A stretch of DNA of 63,881 bases, the filler included. It is 7 parts of 7 records of this genome, joined end to end, with 100 filler letters (N's around TTAATTAATTAA, not from the genome) between each part and the next. Parts side by side here need not be neighbours in the genome. Positions count along the whole stretch, not along the records: positions 26,098 to 33,145 come from DRR723986_8847; positions 33,246 to 45,759 come from DRR723986_8852; 5 more parts are not named here. One strand, written 5' to 3'. Under the pieces are notes generated by a model. That model worked only from the letters and a program-made list of their open reading frames with translations. It was not told where the DNA came from and did not search any database. This document shows positions 31,938 to 42,400 of the stretch, one piece after another. The position numbers and the translations under genes are program-made. Each line of letters begins with the position of its first letter. Within the stretch, counting starts at the first letter, position 1.

Positions 31938-32768
31938 ATGAAAATGCCTGTTCCCAATACGCCGTTGCTGGTGGATCGCGATGCTTTGGCCGCGCACCGC
32001 GCCCGGGTTCGTTCTGATGCGTTGTTCCTGCACCACGCTGCGGTGGATGAGGTGCAGGATCGCCTGTCCTTGGTTAATAAGACGTTTACGGCGCCGGCTG
32101 TTGTGACGCCTTTTGGTGGGGTCTGGGCGGATGTCTTGCCCGGAGCGCGGCTGATGGCGGATGACGAGGTGCTGGATCTGCCGGTGGCGGGTCATGATCT
32201 GGTGGTGCATGCGATGGGGCTGCATTGGGCCAATGATCCGGTGGGGCAGTTGATCCAATGTCGGCGTGCCTTGCGCCCGGATGGCTTGTTGTTGGTGGTC
32301 TGTCTGGGCGGCCAGACGTTGCATCAGTTGCGCGCCGCCTTGGGACAGGCCGAGATCGAGGTACGGGGCGGGTTGTCGCCACGTGTGGCCCCCATGGGAG
32401 AGCTGCGCGAGCTGGGGGCGTTGTTGCAGCGCGCCGGGTTGGCTTTGCCGGTGGCGGATTCGGTGCCGTTGACGGCGGAATACCGGGATTTGCCGCATCT
32501 GATGCGGGATCTGCGGGACATGGGAGAGACCAACGCGCTGGGCGCGCGGGTGCGTCATGGCACAGCGCGGGCGGTGTTTGCGCGCGCTGAGGTGTTGTAT
32601 CGCGAGCACTTTGCCAATGACGCCGGGCGATTGCCTGCGACGTTTGAATTGGTGTGTTTGACGGGGTGGTCGCCGGATGAAAGTCAGCCCAAGCCGTTGC
32701 GCCCCGGTTCGGCGCAGGCGCGGTTGGCGGATGCGTTAAATACACAAGAAACCAATCTGTCGGATTGA
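31938..32768 (+). CDS. SAM-dependent methyltransferase (BioC/NDUFAF5-like)
   Basis: LHWANDPVGQL, LRPDGL, SPRVAPM, LLQRAGLALPVAD, QPKPLRPGSA. Confidence 0.85.
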   Translation: MKMPVPNTPLLVDRDALAAHRARVRSDALFLHHAAVDEVQDRLSLVNKTFTAPAVVTPFGGVWADVLPGARLMADDEVLDLPVAGHDLVVHAMGLHWANDPVGQLIQCRRALRPDGLLLVVCLGGQTLHQLRAALGQAEIEVRGGLSPRVAPMGELRELGALLQRAGLALPVADSVPLTAEYRDLPHLMRDLRDMGETNALGARVRHGTARAVFARAEVLYREHFANDAGRLPATFELVCLTGWSPDESQPKPLRPGSAQARLADALNTQETNLSD

Positions 32769-32827
32769 CCGGGGGGGAATTCCCGTTATCTCCCCCTCTA
32801 GACCGACGTTTATTCAGGATGCCAGAT

Positions 32828-33145
32828 ATGTTCGACGCGACCCGCCCGGCCCATGCGCCAGCTGATCACCCAAAGGTAAAGATGGGTAAAGTTGGCATTC
32901 TGCTGGCCAATCTGGGAACGCCGGATGACTATTCGTATTGGCCGATGCGGCGATATCTGAACGAGTTCCTGTCGGACCAGCGGGTGATCGATTACCCAAA
33001 GTGGAAATGGCAGCCGTTGTTGCAGTTGATCATCCTGACCAAGCGGCCGTTCAGCTCGGGTGCGGCGTATAAATCGATCTGGAATCACGAGCAGGGTGAA
33101 AGCCCGCTGTTGACGATCACCAAGGATCAGACCGCCAAAATGGCC
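32828..33145 (+). CDS. hemH: Ferrochelatase, 3'-truncated
   Basis: GILLANLGTPD..RRYLNEFLSDQRVID, YKSIW..SPLL. Confidence 0.93.
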
Positions 33146-33245
33146 NNNNNNNNNNNNNNNNNNNNNNNNNNNNNNNNNNNNNNNNNNNNTTAATTAATTA
33201 ANNNNNNNNNNNNNNNNNNNNNNNNNNNNNNNNNNNNNNNNNNNN
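33146..33245. other. Artificial contig linker
   Basis: N44-TTAATTAATTAA-N44. Confidence 0.99.
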
Positions 33246-33270
33246 ACCTGTTAGCCTGTGGCTAACAGGT
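33246..33270. repeat. Perfect 11-bp palindrome at the contig start (REP-like)
   Basis: ACCTGTTAGCC-TGT-GGCTAACAGGT. Confidence 0.55.
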
Positions 33271-33427
33271 GGTGGTTTGAGATGCTTTGAGTCCCCAAAC
33301 CCAAAAACCAACAAAAAAATCAAAAAGCAAGCCACAAGACCGCAGGGAAAGGGGCGCTGCAATCAAACTCCCAAACCACACAGCCCAAAAATTTGACCCG
33401 CACATGCACATGCTAGCCCAAAAGCCC

Positions 33428-33435
33428 TAACTTTG
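33428..33435 (+). promoter_or_regulatory. Bacteroidota-type -7 promoter element; likely leaderless mRNA
   Basis: TAACTTTG (TAnnTTTG) ends 3 nt before ATG 33439; no SD. Confidence 0.55.
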
Positions 33436-33438
33436 CAC

Positions 33439-34290
33439 ATGATATTTCTCCTGCTGGCCATCGTGTGCTCCACCGTCGTGGGCCACCTCTTTACCTTCGC
33501 GTCCCGGCGCGGAATTGGAAGCATTCCGCTGCTATTTGTTAACTATGCCGTGGCCGTTCCCGCATCCCTGCTCGGCATGTTTCTGCATCCCGCGCCCATC
33601 GAAATCGTGGGCCTAATCGTGCCGGGCCTGGCCCTGGTCCTGGGTGTGCTTTTTCTGTTTAACTACCTCATGCTCGCCGAAGCAATTAAACATATGGGCG
33701 TGGCACTGCCCGTGACGCTCATGCGTGTCTCCGTTGCCTGGCCCGTAATCGGCTCCATCCTTGTGTTTAACGAACTTCCGCACCTGCCCACGATTCTGGC
33801 TACATGCGCCATCTTTATTTCACTGCCCCTGGCCGCGCCCGAACCCATTAACAAATCCATGCTGCAAAGGGCGCGCCATACCGGACTCCTGCAGGCTTTG
33901 CTGCTGTTTGTGGCTACCGGACTTACCGAGTTTTTGTTTAAGGTGCAAACCGAACTACATCCGCTTGGCAACCCATTTGTGTTTACAAGTATGATTTTCC
34001 CAGTGGCGCTCGTGTGTACCTGGTTCCTGTATCGCCGCAAACGCGAAACACTTAACAAAACCGCAATTATCTCCGGTGCGGCACTGGGCGTGTTTAATGT
34101 CATGTCAACAGTTTTTATTCTGCTGGCGCTGCATTTGGTTGCCGGAATTATTGTGTTTCCGGTCTATGCCGCCGGCATTATTGTCCTGAGTACTATTAGT
34201 GGTGTAATTCTCTGGCGCGAACGCCCCGCCCCGCGTCAGTTGGCATTTATCGTGATTGCCTGTCTGGCGATTGCCTGGATTTATGGCTAG
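33439..34290 (+). CDS. DMT/EamA-family transporter
   Basis: About 10 hydrophobic helices in two repeats; G..WRER motif. Confidence 0.85.
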   Translation: MIFLLLAIVCSTVVGHLFTFASRRGIGSIPLLFVNYAVAVPASLLGMFLHPAPIEIVGLIVPGLALVLGVLFLFNYLMLAEAIKHMGVALPVTLMRVSVAWPVIGSILVFNELPHLPTILATCAIFISLPLAAPEPINKSMLQRARHTGLLQALLLFVATGLTEFLFKVQTELHPLGNPFVFTSMIFPVALVCTWFLYRRKRETLNKTAIISGAALGVFNVMSTVFILLALHLVAGIIVFPVYAAGIIVLSTISGVILWRERPAPRQLAFIVIACLAIAWIYG

Positions 34291-34490
34291 TCGATTAAAC
34301 CAAATTTGCCTGGAGCCGGATTGCAGCGCCGGCCTCAATCGCTGGTGACCTGTTCTGTCCGGCTTGCCTTTTGAGGATCTTGTTTGCCTCTGAGTCCTCA
34401 GCCAAAACTCCATCATCCCAACAGTATATTTTGCCCCCCAGAAATTGAGATGTTACTGTCGTGACAACAAAATTTCCAGTGAAAATTCGT

Positions 34491-35270
34491 TTAGTCCTGC
34501 GCCGCCGCCGACGACTCCACGGCCCAGGTGAAGCCAATCAGCTGCAAAACCACACAGCCCGGAATCAGCAGCCAGCCAACAAACGGAACCAGACTTAAAA
34601 GTGTCGGTACCAATCCCAACTGTGGAACAGCAGCGCGCAGGGCACGCCGTACAGGCACGTGATCCTGGCCGGCCGAGCGCAGCACGTCAACATAGGCTGC
34701 GCGAATCGATGCCCCGGCAAGTAGGACCTCGGCAATTAACACCAGCGGAAACCCAACAACCGAAATTAACCCTATAAGCAGCAGCGCCACCATAATGGCT
34801 ATATCGCGTAGCAGGAGAACTATGGAACGCAATGCGTCACTGCGGAAACGCGACCAGCTAAAGGGCGGGGAAGCCAAAGGCCTGAAATGATTAACAATTC
34901 GGCTTACCAGAATTTCATTCCAGAAAGACGTCAACAGAATTACGATGCGCAGGTTAACAATTACACTCACAACTCCTACGAGCAGATAGAGCATGATACG
35001 CCCAAGCATTGCCATGACGTTGGCGAACGTGCCGTGATCCTCTTTGAGCAAACCCAAATAGCGGTCGATTAAAAGCGCGTCAAACAGGAAGAGCGTAAGC
35101 GCGGTAAGTACAATAAACAGGGCGCTGCCTACCAGAGCCATGCTCAGGACCGATTTGCGGACAGCCGGAAGAGTTTTCATTGCCGTAAATGCCGAACTCC
35201 AGACCTTCAGAATCGTTGGTGATTTTGGTGGCGTGGAGTGAGCGGAGTGTGAAGTTTGTGTTGTTGCCAT
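34491..35270 (-). CDS. EI24/CysZ-like membrane protein
   Basis: Multi-TM; SFWNEILV after TM2; C-terminal LLSLVPFVGWLLIP. Confidence 0.6.
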   Translation of the reverse strand: MATTQTSHSAHSTPPKSPTILKVWSSAFTAMKTLPAVRKSVLSMALVGSALFIVLTALTLFLFDALLIDRYLGLLKEDHGTFANVMAMLGRIMLYLLVGVVSVIVNLRIVILLTSFWNEILVSRIVNHFRPLASPPFSWSRFRSDALRSIVLLLRDIAIMVALLLIGLISVVGFPLVLIAEVLLAGASIRAAYVDVLRSAGQDHVPVRRALRAAVPQLGLVPTLLSLVPFVGWLLIPGCVVLQLIGFTWAVESSAAAQD

Positions 35271-35500
35271 GACGTAGTTCAGGATTGATAAGAAGCAATA
35301 GACGAATCCTAAGATCACATCGAATCGATGAGCAGGGAAGCGCATAATAATAATTTTCCGAATTTGTAGTCACCATCTATATTTTGAGTTGTTCTCCGGT
35401 CTTGTTCGGCAGGCTACTCAAGCAAAAATATTTGTGGTGCATCTGGATGATTCCGGCGGCGAATTGTGCATCTGAACACGCTAGTGGTGCTGAGTAAGGT

Positions 35501-36595
35501 ATGAAAATTGCAATGTTGCTTTCGGGCGGCGTGGATAGTTCAGTGGCATTACACCTTTTGGCAAGGCAAGGCCACGAGCTGCACGCGTTTTACCTGAAAA
35601 TCTGGCTGGAAGACGAGCTGGCGTACCTGGGCGAATGTCCCTGGGAGGACGACCTGCACTATGCACGCGCAGTCTGTGATTCGCTGAATGTTCCGCTCAC
35701 AATTGTACCACTACAGGCTGAATATTTGGACCGCGTGGTGGCGTATGCACTAACGGAGTTAAAAGCCGGGCGGACGCCAAGTCCGGACGTTTTCTGCAAT
35801 CGCCGCATAAAGTTCGGTGCCTTTTTTGATCACATCGATGCGAGTTTTGACAAAGTAGCATCGGGCCACTATGCGCGCGTAGAACATGGGCCGGACGGGT
35901 ATGAACTGCACCGTTCGCCGGACAGGGTCAAGGACCAAACGTACTTTCTGTCACATCTGCGGCAGGATCAACTGGCCCGTTCACTGTTTCCATTGGGGCC
36001 ATATCCTAAAGCCGACGTCAGAAAACTTGCGGCAGAAATGGACTTGCCGAACAAAGACCGCAAGGACAGCCAGGGAATCTGTTTTCTGGGGAAAATCCAA
36101 TACCGCGACTTTGTGAAGTTTCACCTGGGCGAAAAAGAAGGTGAGATTGTTGATCGCGTCAGCGGCGCAGTACTTGGGCCACACAAAGGTTTCTGGTTTC
36201 ACACGATAGGGCAGCGGCAGGGCCTGGGTTTGAGTGGTGGGCCCTGGTACGTCAGCGGTAAGGACACACAGAAGAACATTGTATATGTCACGCATCGCGA
36301 GCACCTGCCGGAGCATGAAGAACACAAGTTTGTGGCCGGAGATGTCAATTGGATAAGTGGGGCTGCTCCGCAAGAATACAGCAATATCAAGATTAAACTG
36401 CGCCACGGGCCGCACATGATTGATGCGCTGCTCGTAGCCTTGCCGAATGGCGACCTGGAAGTGACTCTGGCTGAGCGCGAAGTTGGAATTGCCGCCGGCC
36501 AGATTGCAGTATTTTATCGTAATGAAGTTTGTTTGGGCGGCGGAATTATCCTTGCGCGTGTCACTCAGGCGATCGCAACTGAGTCACTGGTTTAG
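35501..36595 (+). CDS. mnmA: tRNA 2-thiouridylase
   Basis: LSGGVDSSVA, TPSPDVFCN, SGHYA, KDQTYFL, DSQGICF, TIGQRQG. Confidence 0.97.
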   Translation: MKIAMLLSGGVDSSVALHLLARQGHELHAFYLKIWLEDELAYLGECPWEDDLHYARAVCDSLNVPLTIVPLQAEYLDRVVAYALTELKAGRTPSPDVFCNRRIKFGAFFDHIDASFDKVASGHYARVEHGPDGYELHRSPDRVKDQTYFLSHLRQDQLARSLFPLGPYPKADVRKLAAEMDLPNKDRKDSQGICFLGKIQYRDFVKFHLGEKEGEIVDRVSGAVLGPHKGFWFHTIGQRQGLGLSGGPWYVSGKDTQKNIVYVTHREHLPEHEEHKFVAGDVNWISGAAPQEYSNIKIKLRHGPHMIDALLVALPNGDLEVTLAEREVGIAAGQIAVFYRNEVCLGGGIILARVTQAIATESLV

Positions 36596-36662
36596 GCATC
36601 CAACAAATTCTTAATGATTCTTGGTTTTGTGGCTGCTGGAATTTTTGTAGTTTCCGTCGGCG

Positions 36663-36739
36663 CAAACATCATAGCTTTCAGGCAGTCCGAGTGTTTTAAC
36701 ACCGCACACGGAGCGGGACTGACGGGAAGTATGCGTTTG
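36663..36739 (+). ncRNA. Candidate structured RNA (recalled resemblance to Flavo-1/Acido-Lenti-1 motifs)
   Basis: CAAAC..CTTTC / GAAG..GTTTG outer stem; CAGTCC/GGACTG stem; core TCCGA-[GTGT TTTA ACAC]-CGCACACGGA. Confidence 0.35.
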
Positions 36740-37409
36740 GGTCAGGCGCGTAATCCCGAGGAGTGGTGGTCACCGAGGTCAGGTGGCACCTTTGAAAGGA
36801 AGCGAGAGAATGGTCATGCGGAACATTTTAACGCAACATGCGCAACACTGAATTTCAACATTCTTCTGCAACTCTGCACAGACAATGCCTCAGTTTTAGT
36901 TCGAGGCAGAAAAGGGCTGAATTACGCATTGTTTTTGATTAATAGGTTAGTGATGCAGTGCACCCTGGCGATTTAGCCGGCATCACCTACCACACATATG
37001 TCTCCAATGTTTTGGACACTCGCTACACATGAGCCGCTAGCCTCTACCGGTTTACTGAGGGTCCACAATCCTGATCAAAACTGACATTCTGAGTGCCGAT
37101 AGGTCTTGCGAATGCATGGTACTATTCTGTTATGTCAGAATATCTATGTGGGGAACCGGCATACTGCGGAAAGAGTCTGCAATTGACAACCATCGTGTGA
37201 TTGCCTCAGTAGTTCAACACGCATGGCACAATCGGGATGAAAACTACTGCGAATACAATTCGCGATTGGCACGAGACACTGCTTTAGATTATTGATGAAA
37301 ATTCGAGATATACTAATTCTACGCTATCATTCAACCGCGTATCGACGGCAGTATTGTGTGTGCAACACAGTACCGGCGTTTGTGCAGCATTGAACAATTT
37401 GGAGGTTTC

Positions 37410-37952
37410 ATGGAAGGTTTTCTGGCTGAAGTCCGGATGTTTGGCGGAAATTTTGCGCCACGCAATTGGGCTTTTTGTGAGGGGCAGTTATTGCCTATCA
37501 ATTCAAACCAGGCGCTCTTTTCTTTGCTTGGATGCACATTTGGTGGTGATTGCCGGACGTCGTTCGCACTGCCTGATTTGAGAGGACGCGTTCCATTGGG
37601 CGTTGGAACTGGGGCAGGCCTGTCAACCCGCAATCAGGGTGCAAAGACCGGTGAAACTACGGTTACGCTGACGGTTAATCAAATACCTTCGCATAGTCAT
37701 GCCCTCAACGTCAAGAATGAGAATGATGGGCAAAATTCTCCGCAGAACCATTTCTTGGCAGCAGGGGAAGCAGCGGGCAATCCACCGAATCTTACGGATG
37801 TAAATCCAAATTACTCCGCGACTGCCAACACGCAGATGAGTTCGACTGCGATTGCTCACACAGGCGGTGGGCAGGCACACAATAATATGCAGCCTACAAT
37901 TGCTGTGCATTACATTATTTGCCTGCAGGGATCTTTTCCTTCGCGCAATTGA
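37410..37952 (+). CDS. Phage tail-collar domain protein (MdpB/microcystin-dependent family), copy 1, 180 aa
   Basis: GGAGG RBS; EVRMFGGNFAPRNWAFCEGQLL..ALFSLLG..FALPDLRGR, PSHSH, HNNMQP..YIIC..G.FPSR. Confidence 0.93.
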   Translation: MEGFLAEVRMFGGNFAPRNWAFCEGQLLPINSNQALFSLLGCTFGGDCRTSFALPDLRGRVPLGVGTGAGLSTRNQGAKTGETTVTLTVNQIPSHSHALNVKNENDGQNSPQNHFLAAGEAAGNPPNLTDVNPNYSATANTQMSSTAIAHTGGGQAHNNMQPTIAVHYIICLQGSFPSRN

Positions 37953-38045
37953 TGCCTTTGTGTCTGGACCTTTTGATCAAAATATTATTTAAGCAGAAAA
38001 AACGGCGAATATCTCCATACTCGTCGTAAAAATATAGGAGTTATA

Positions 38046-38588
38046 ATGGAAGGAACAATAGGGGAAATTCGCCTGTTCGCGGGTAATTTTGCTCCGCGCG
38101 CATGGGGTTTTTGCGCAGGCCAGCTTTTGGCTATTTCGCAAAACGATGCGCTTTTCTCAATTATAGGCACCACGTACGGTGGTGATGGCCGGACAACCTT
38201 TGCTTTGCCGGACATGCGCGGCCGTGCCGTAATAAGTTCTGGTACCGGCCCCGGTCTGCCAGGATACAATCTTGGGCAAAAGTTGGGATCATCAACCGTA
38301 ACCCTGACAAGCAATCAAATGCCTTCACACTCGCATGCATTGAATGCGAATTCCAATGAAGGTACGCTGAATTCTCCGCAAAATGCTTTTCCTGCCGCCG
38401 GACAGTTAACTGGCAATCCTCCGAACTTCTCGGCTGTTGATCTTCAGTATGCTACGACGGCGGATACGACGATGAACTCCCTTTCGATTGCGAATACGGG
38501 CGGTTCACAATCGCATACAAACATGCAACCATCGCTGGCACTCAATTACATCATTTGCATGTTTGGCATTTATCCATCACGCAGCTAA
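38046..38588 (+). CDS. Phage tail-collar domain protein, copy 2, 180 aa
   Basis: AGGAG RBS; GTTYGGDGRTTFALPDMRGR, PSHSH, HTNMQP, GIYPSRS. Confidence 0.93.
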   Translation: MEGTIGEIRLFAGNFAPRAWGFCAGQLLAISQNDALFSIIGTTYGGDGRTTFALPDMRGRAVISSGTGPGLPGYNLGQKLGSSTVTLTSNQMPSHSHALNANSNEGTLNSPQNAFPAAGQLTGNPPNFSAVDLQYATTADTTMNSLSIANTGGSQSHTNMQPSLALNYIICMFGIYPSRS

Positions 38589-38669
38589 TTAACTAGGTAC
38601 ATTACTTACAGGGTTTTGCGCACCTCTCCTGGTGCTGAGCATTACTACTGTTTTTGGAGGATATATTAT

Positions 38670-39212
38670 ATGAATGGAACTATCGGAGAGATCCGATTAT
38701 TCGGCGGAAACTTTGCACCACGTACTTGGGCATTTTGTTCTGGACAATTGCTGGCAATTGCATCAAATACGGCGTTGTTTTCCATTATCGGTTGCACGTA
38801 TGGTGGCGACTGCCGTACGTCGATGGCACTGCCTGACTTGCGCAGCCGAACAGCAATTGGTGCTGGAAATGGACCTGGTTTACCGAACTACAACCTTGGG
38901 CAGAGAACAGGTCAGGAAAGTGTGGTATTGGTATCAACTCAGATGCCGTCACACAGCCACGCTCTGCTTTGTAACGCATCGGGGCAGGATGAAAACAGCC
39001 CGCAGGGGCACTTCTTTGCTGTTGGCGAAACGATTGGAAACCCTCCGAATTTCTCGCCGGTGAATACGATCTATTCAACGACGGCAAATTCTCAGGCTAA
39101 TTCCTTAGCAATAGCCAACAGTGGGGCGACTCAATCTCACAACAACATGCAGCCTTCGCTCGGGCTCAACTATATCATCTGTTTGACTGGTATTTTTCCT
39201 TCACGCAGTTGA
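38670..39212 (+). CDS. Phage tail-collar domain protein, copy 3, 180 aa
   Basis: GGAGG RBS; GCTYGGDCRTSMALPDLRSR, PSHSH, HNNMQP, GIFPSRS. Confidence 0.93.
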   Translation: MNGTIGEIRLFGGNFAPRTWAFCSGQLLAIASNTALFSIIGCTYGGDCRTSMALPDLRSRTAIGAGNGPGLPNYNLGQRTGQESVVLVSTQMPSHSHALLCNASGQDENSPQGHFFAVGETIGNPPNFSPVNTIYSTTANSQANSLAIANSGATQSHNNMQPSLGLNYIICLTGIFPSRS

Positions 39213-39215
39213 TCC

Positions 39216-39280
39216 TGCCTTCGGGCAACAAAAAAACGGCCGGGAACCTGAAAATAGTTCGTATTTTCAGGTTCTTGGCC
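39216..39280 (+). terminator. Double hairpin between collar trio and adhesin gene
   Basis: TGCC-TTCG-GGCA, an A-run, then GGCCGGGAACCTGAAAATA-GTTCG-TATTTTCAGGTTCTTGGCC (19 bp, 2 G-U pairs on + strand). Confidence 0.6.
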
Positions 39281-39429
39281 TACTTGGTATTTACAGGTCT
39301 GGTTTGGAGTCGAGGACTATAGCAAGTTATGGAGCAGATGAGACGCGGACTCAGCTGTTTCCTGGATACTTCAGGTTTTTAGTCTTTTAATTTGATATCT
39401 ATTTCGGTTAACTCCCTCGGAGATTTTGT

Positions 39430-42400
39430 ATGAAGAATTGTGCCTATCGGAACCTATCATTTGTTAGTGTTCTGATATTATTCTTTGCAGTCGGTTCAGC
39501 ATTTTCTGTAACAAGAACAGTGACTTCAAGTGCCAACGCTGGCGCGAACACCCTACGAGATCTTATTGGAGCTTCATCGGATGGTGACGTCATTGAGTTT
39601 GATGCATCAATCACCACTATTACGCTTGCAACAGAGATTGACATATCTGTTACACTAACCATAACTGGACCTGCGGCCGATGAGCTGACGATTTCAGGTG
39701 GATCCAGTTCGCGAATTTTCCTGGTGACTGGCACCGGGAAAACCGTTAACATTTCAGGCATCAGGTTCCTGAACGGGCGCAGTCAGACCACTCCGATCAT
39801 TAACTTTATCGTCGGTGGAGGTGCAATTTCGCACAGTAATGGTATCCTCAACATTGACGAATGTGAATTTGAAGGCAATGTTTGCGATGATGGGAATGGC
39901 ACAACTTCATTCGGTTATGGCGGGGCCATCGTTTCGCACAGCGAACTTAACGTCACGAACTCGCTGTTTTATAACAACTCTGTTAGTGGTACTAATGCAT
40001 ACGGCGGTGGCGGGGTCTACTGCCAGGATAATGGCGCCGACCACGATGTGACGTTCAACAATTGCACATTCTATTCGAATTCAGTTACAGCTGGAAATGC
40101 TGCGGCTGATGGTGGTGGATTGTACATCGCTGAAGAAGATCCCGGTGGTGGCGATACTGCGCCGCTCGCGGAAATTACGAATTGCACCTTCTATGACAAC
40201 CGCAGTAGCAGTGAAGGTGAGCAGTTGCACATTACGAATAACGGTGGGGATGTTGGACTTGTGCTGCGCAATAACATCTTTGACAACTCAGCTAACACCG
40301 CTATTCAGTCCGTTACCTGTGATTGTGCTGGTGGCCTGGCATTTACGACAAACGGCGGTAATATTTACTGGGATACGCCTGATACTGAGATTACAACCGG
40401 TGGTACGCGTGATCAGGTTAGCCAGGGGATAGATGGTTCAGGTCTTACAGGATCCTTAGGGGCATTTGGCGGGCCGACACGTACGATCCCAGTTAATAAT
40501 GGTTCAAGTTTGGCCGACGATAATGGTGTCTCTGGTGGACCTACGCTGGCACGCGATCAGCGTGACTTTAATCGCGAAGGCAACCCGGATTCCGGCGCGT
40601 TTGAGTTTGACGGGACCTACACGTTCCACGAACTTTTTCCGCTGGATGATGCCACAGGTGTTTCTGTGACAAGCAATCTTGTGATTACATTTGACCACAA
40701 TGTTACGATTGGGTCTGGTAATTTACAGGTTTTGCGTGTTGCCGATGACGGCGTCGTCGAAACCATAGCGGTTGGCTCCGGAGCTGTGACCGGTGGCGGT
40801 ACTAAAGTCATTACCGTAAATCCTACTTCAAACCTTCCCGGCAATACCGCCGTTTATGTCAACTATCCTACCACGGCTTTTGACGCTCCACGCGGTGAAG
40901 CCAATGTTGCCGTCTCGGGCAACTCAACCTGGAACTTCACAACCGGGGCTCCAGTCAACACTCCGCCTGTTATTGCGACGAGCAATACGGTAATTAGTGG
41001 CGCGCGCACAGGCGAAAATCAAGTAGTTTTTGTGACCGTTTCCGACCTGGAAACGAGCACATCTGATATCATTTTAACAGCTACTTCCGGTAACACGAAT
41101 ATCGTGCCGGATGCCAACATCATTCAACTGGGACTGACATCAGCGACCTCGTCCTTCCGGATTACGACTGCCAGTCTGGCAACCTTCGGAACGGTTAGTA
41201 TTACAATTACAGCTACTGATACCAACGCTGGTGTGTCCAGCACAACCTTTAACGTAACGTTTGGTCCTTCGGCACCATCGGCATTGGCATACTCCCTGAG
41301 TTCACCGCTGAATGACCCCGGATTTAACGTGCCGGACGCCAGTGGATTTGGCAATCGCTTTATCCTTCAGGTGGGGGCAAATGCCAATCGTGAGTCCTCA
41401 GACATTTTGGTCACGACTGGAACTTTTAACGCGTTTGGCCAGCTATCTGCACCCAGTGCCGTGGTACAGACAGAGTACACGTTGTTCACAGGTTTTGGCG
41501 GAGCATCTGTCGGCGATGGATCTGGCCCTGCACCTGCAACTTTTGGCCCCAGCGTTGCTTCCACAGTAAATACGATTCGTACACAGTTGCAGGATCGTTT
41601 TGCCCGCGGTGCGAACTTAACACTATCTACAGCTTCCGGTGCGCCGGCAGTACTGTCTAATACCACAGTGAGTGTAACCATACTCCTGCCGGAGACCTCG
41701 CAGATTGGTCTAACGAGCACTTTCGGTAATACATCCGGTGCGGCCGGTGCCGGCGTGGGCATCGATGGGTTTAACGGTGGAGTGACCAATTTTTCTGGAA
41801 CAACTACTGTTACTGTGACAATGGTCACACTGGATGCGGCTAACTACATCGCAGCTACAGGAAACCACACGTTTCCGATATTTTTCTTCACAACAACTGT
41901 GACGGCTTCAGTCGACAATCCAGATTTTGTCCTGAGTGGTGCGGGAACAACATTGTCATTCAGTCCGATTAAGGCAATTGATACCGGCTCAATGACTATT
42001 ACTTATAATGGTTCCATTTCCACGACGGCGGTGATTACATTCACACATGCCGGAAGTGGTGAGATGGGGACGACATCCGTCACCATTAGCGTGGACGCGG
42101 TTGATCCGATTGTGGCTACCAGCAACACCGTCATTACGATGAAAGAGGATCAGGGAACGTCCCTCTATGTCAGCGTCTTTGATGGTCAGAGTGCCACCAG
42201 CCTGATTGTCTTAACTGGTACATCCAGCAATATCAACCTGGTCGCGACCAGTGGAATTACGCAGGTTTCCAGTGCAACGACTGCAATCACGTGTTTCAGT
42301 ATTACAAACGCGATCGCAAACACGAATGGTACTGTTAACATTACCATCACTGGGACCGATCCGGAAAGTAACACCGGATCTACGACCTTCAGTGTGACCA

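Noticed and set aside
36614-36976. 120-aa ORF after mnmA
   Set aside because: No RBS or recognisable motif, and it overlaps predicted RNA stems; cannot be supported, though not excluded.
37410-39212. Prophage or complete contractile injection system
   Set aside because: Only collar-domain genes are present; no structural, packaging, lysis or integration genes on the contig.
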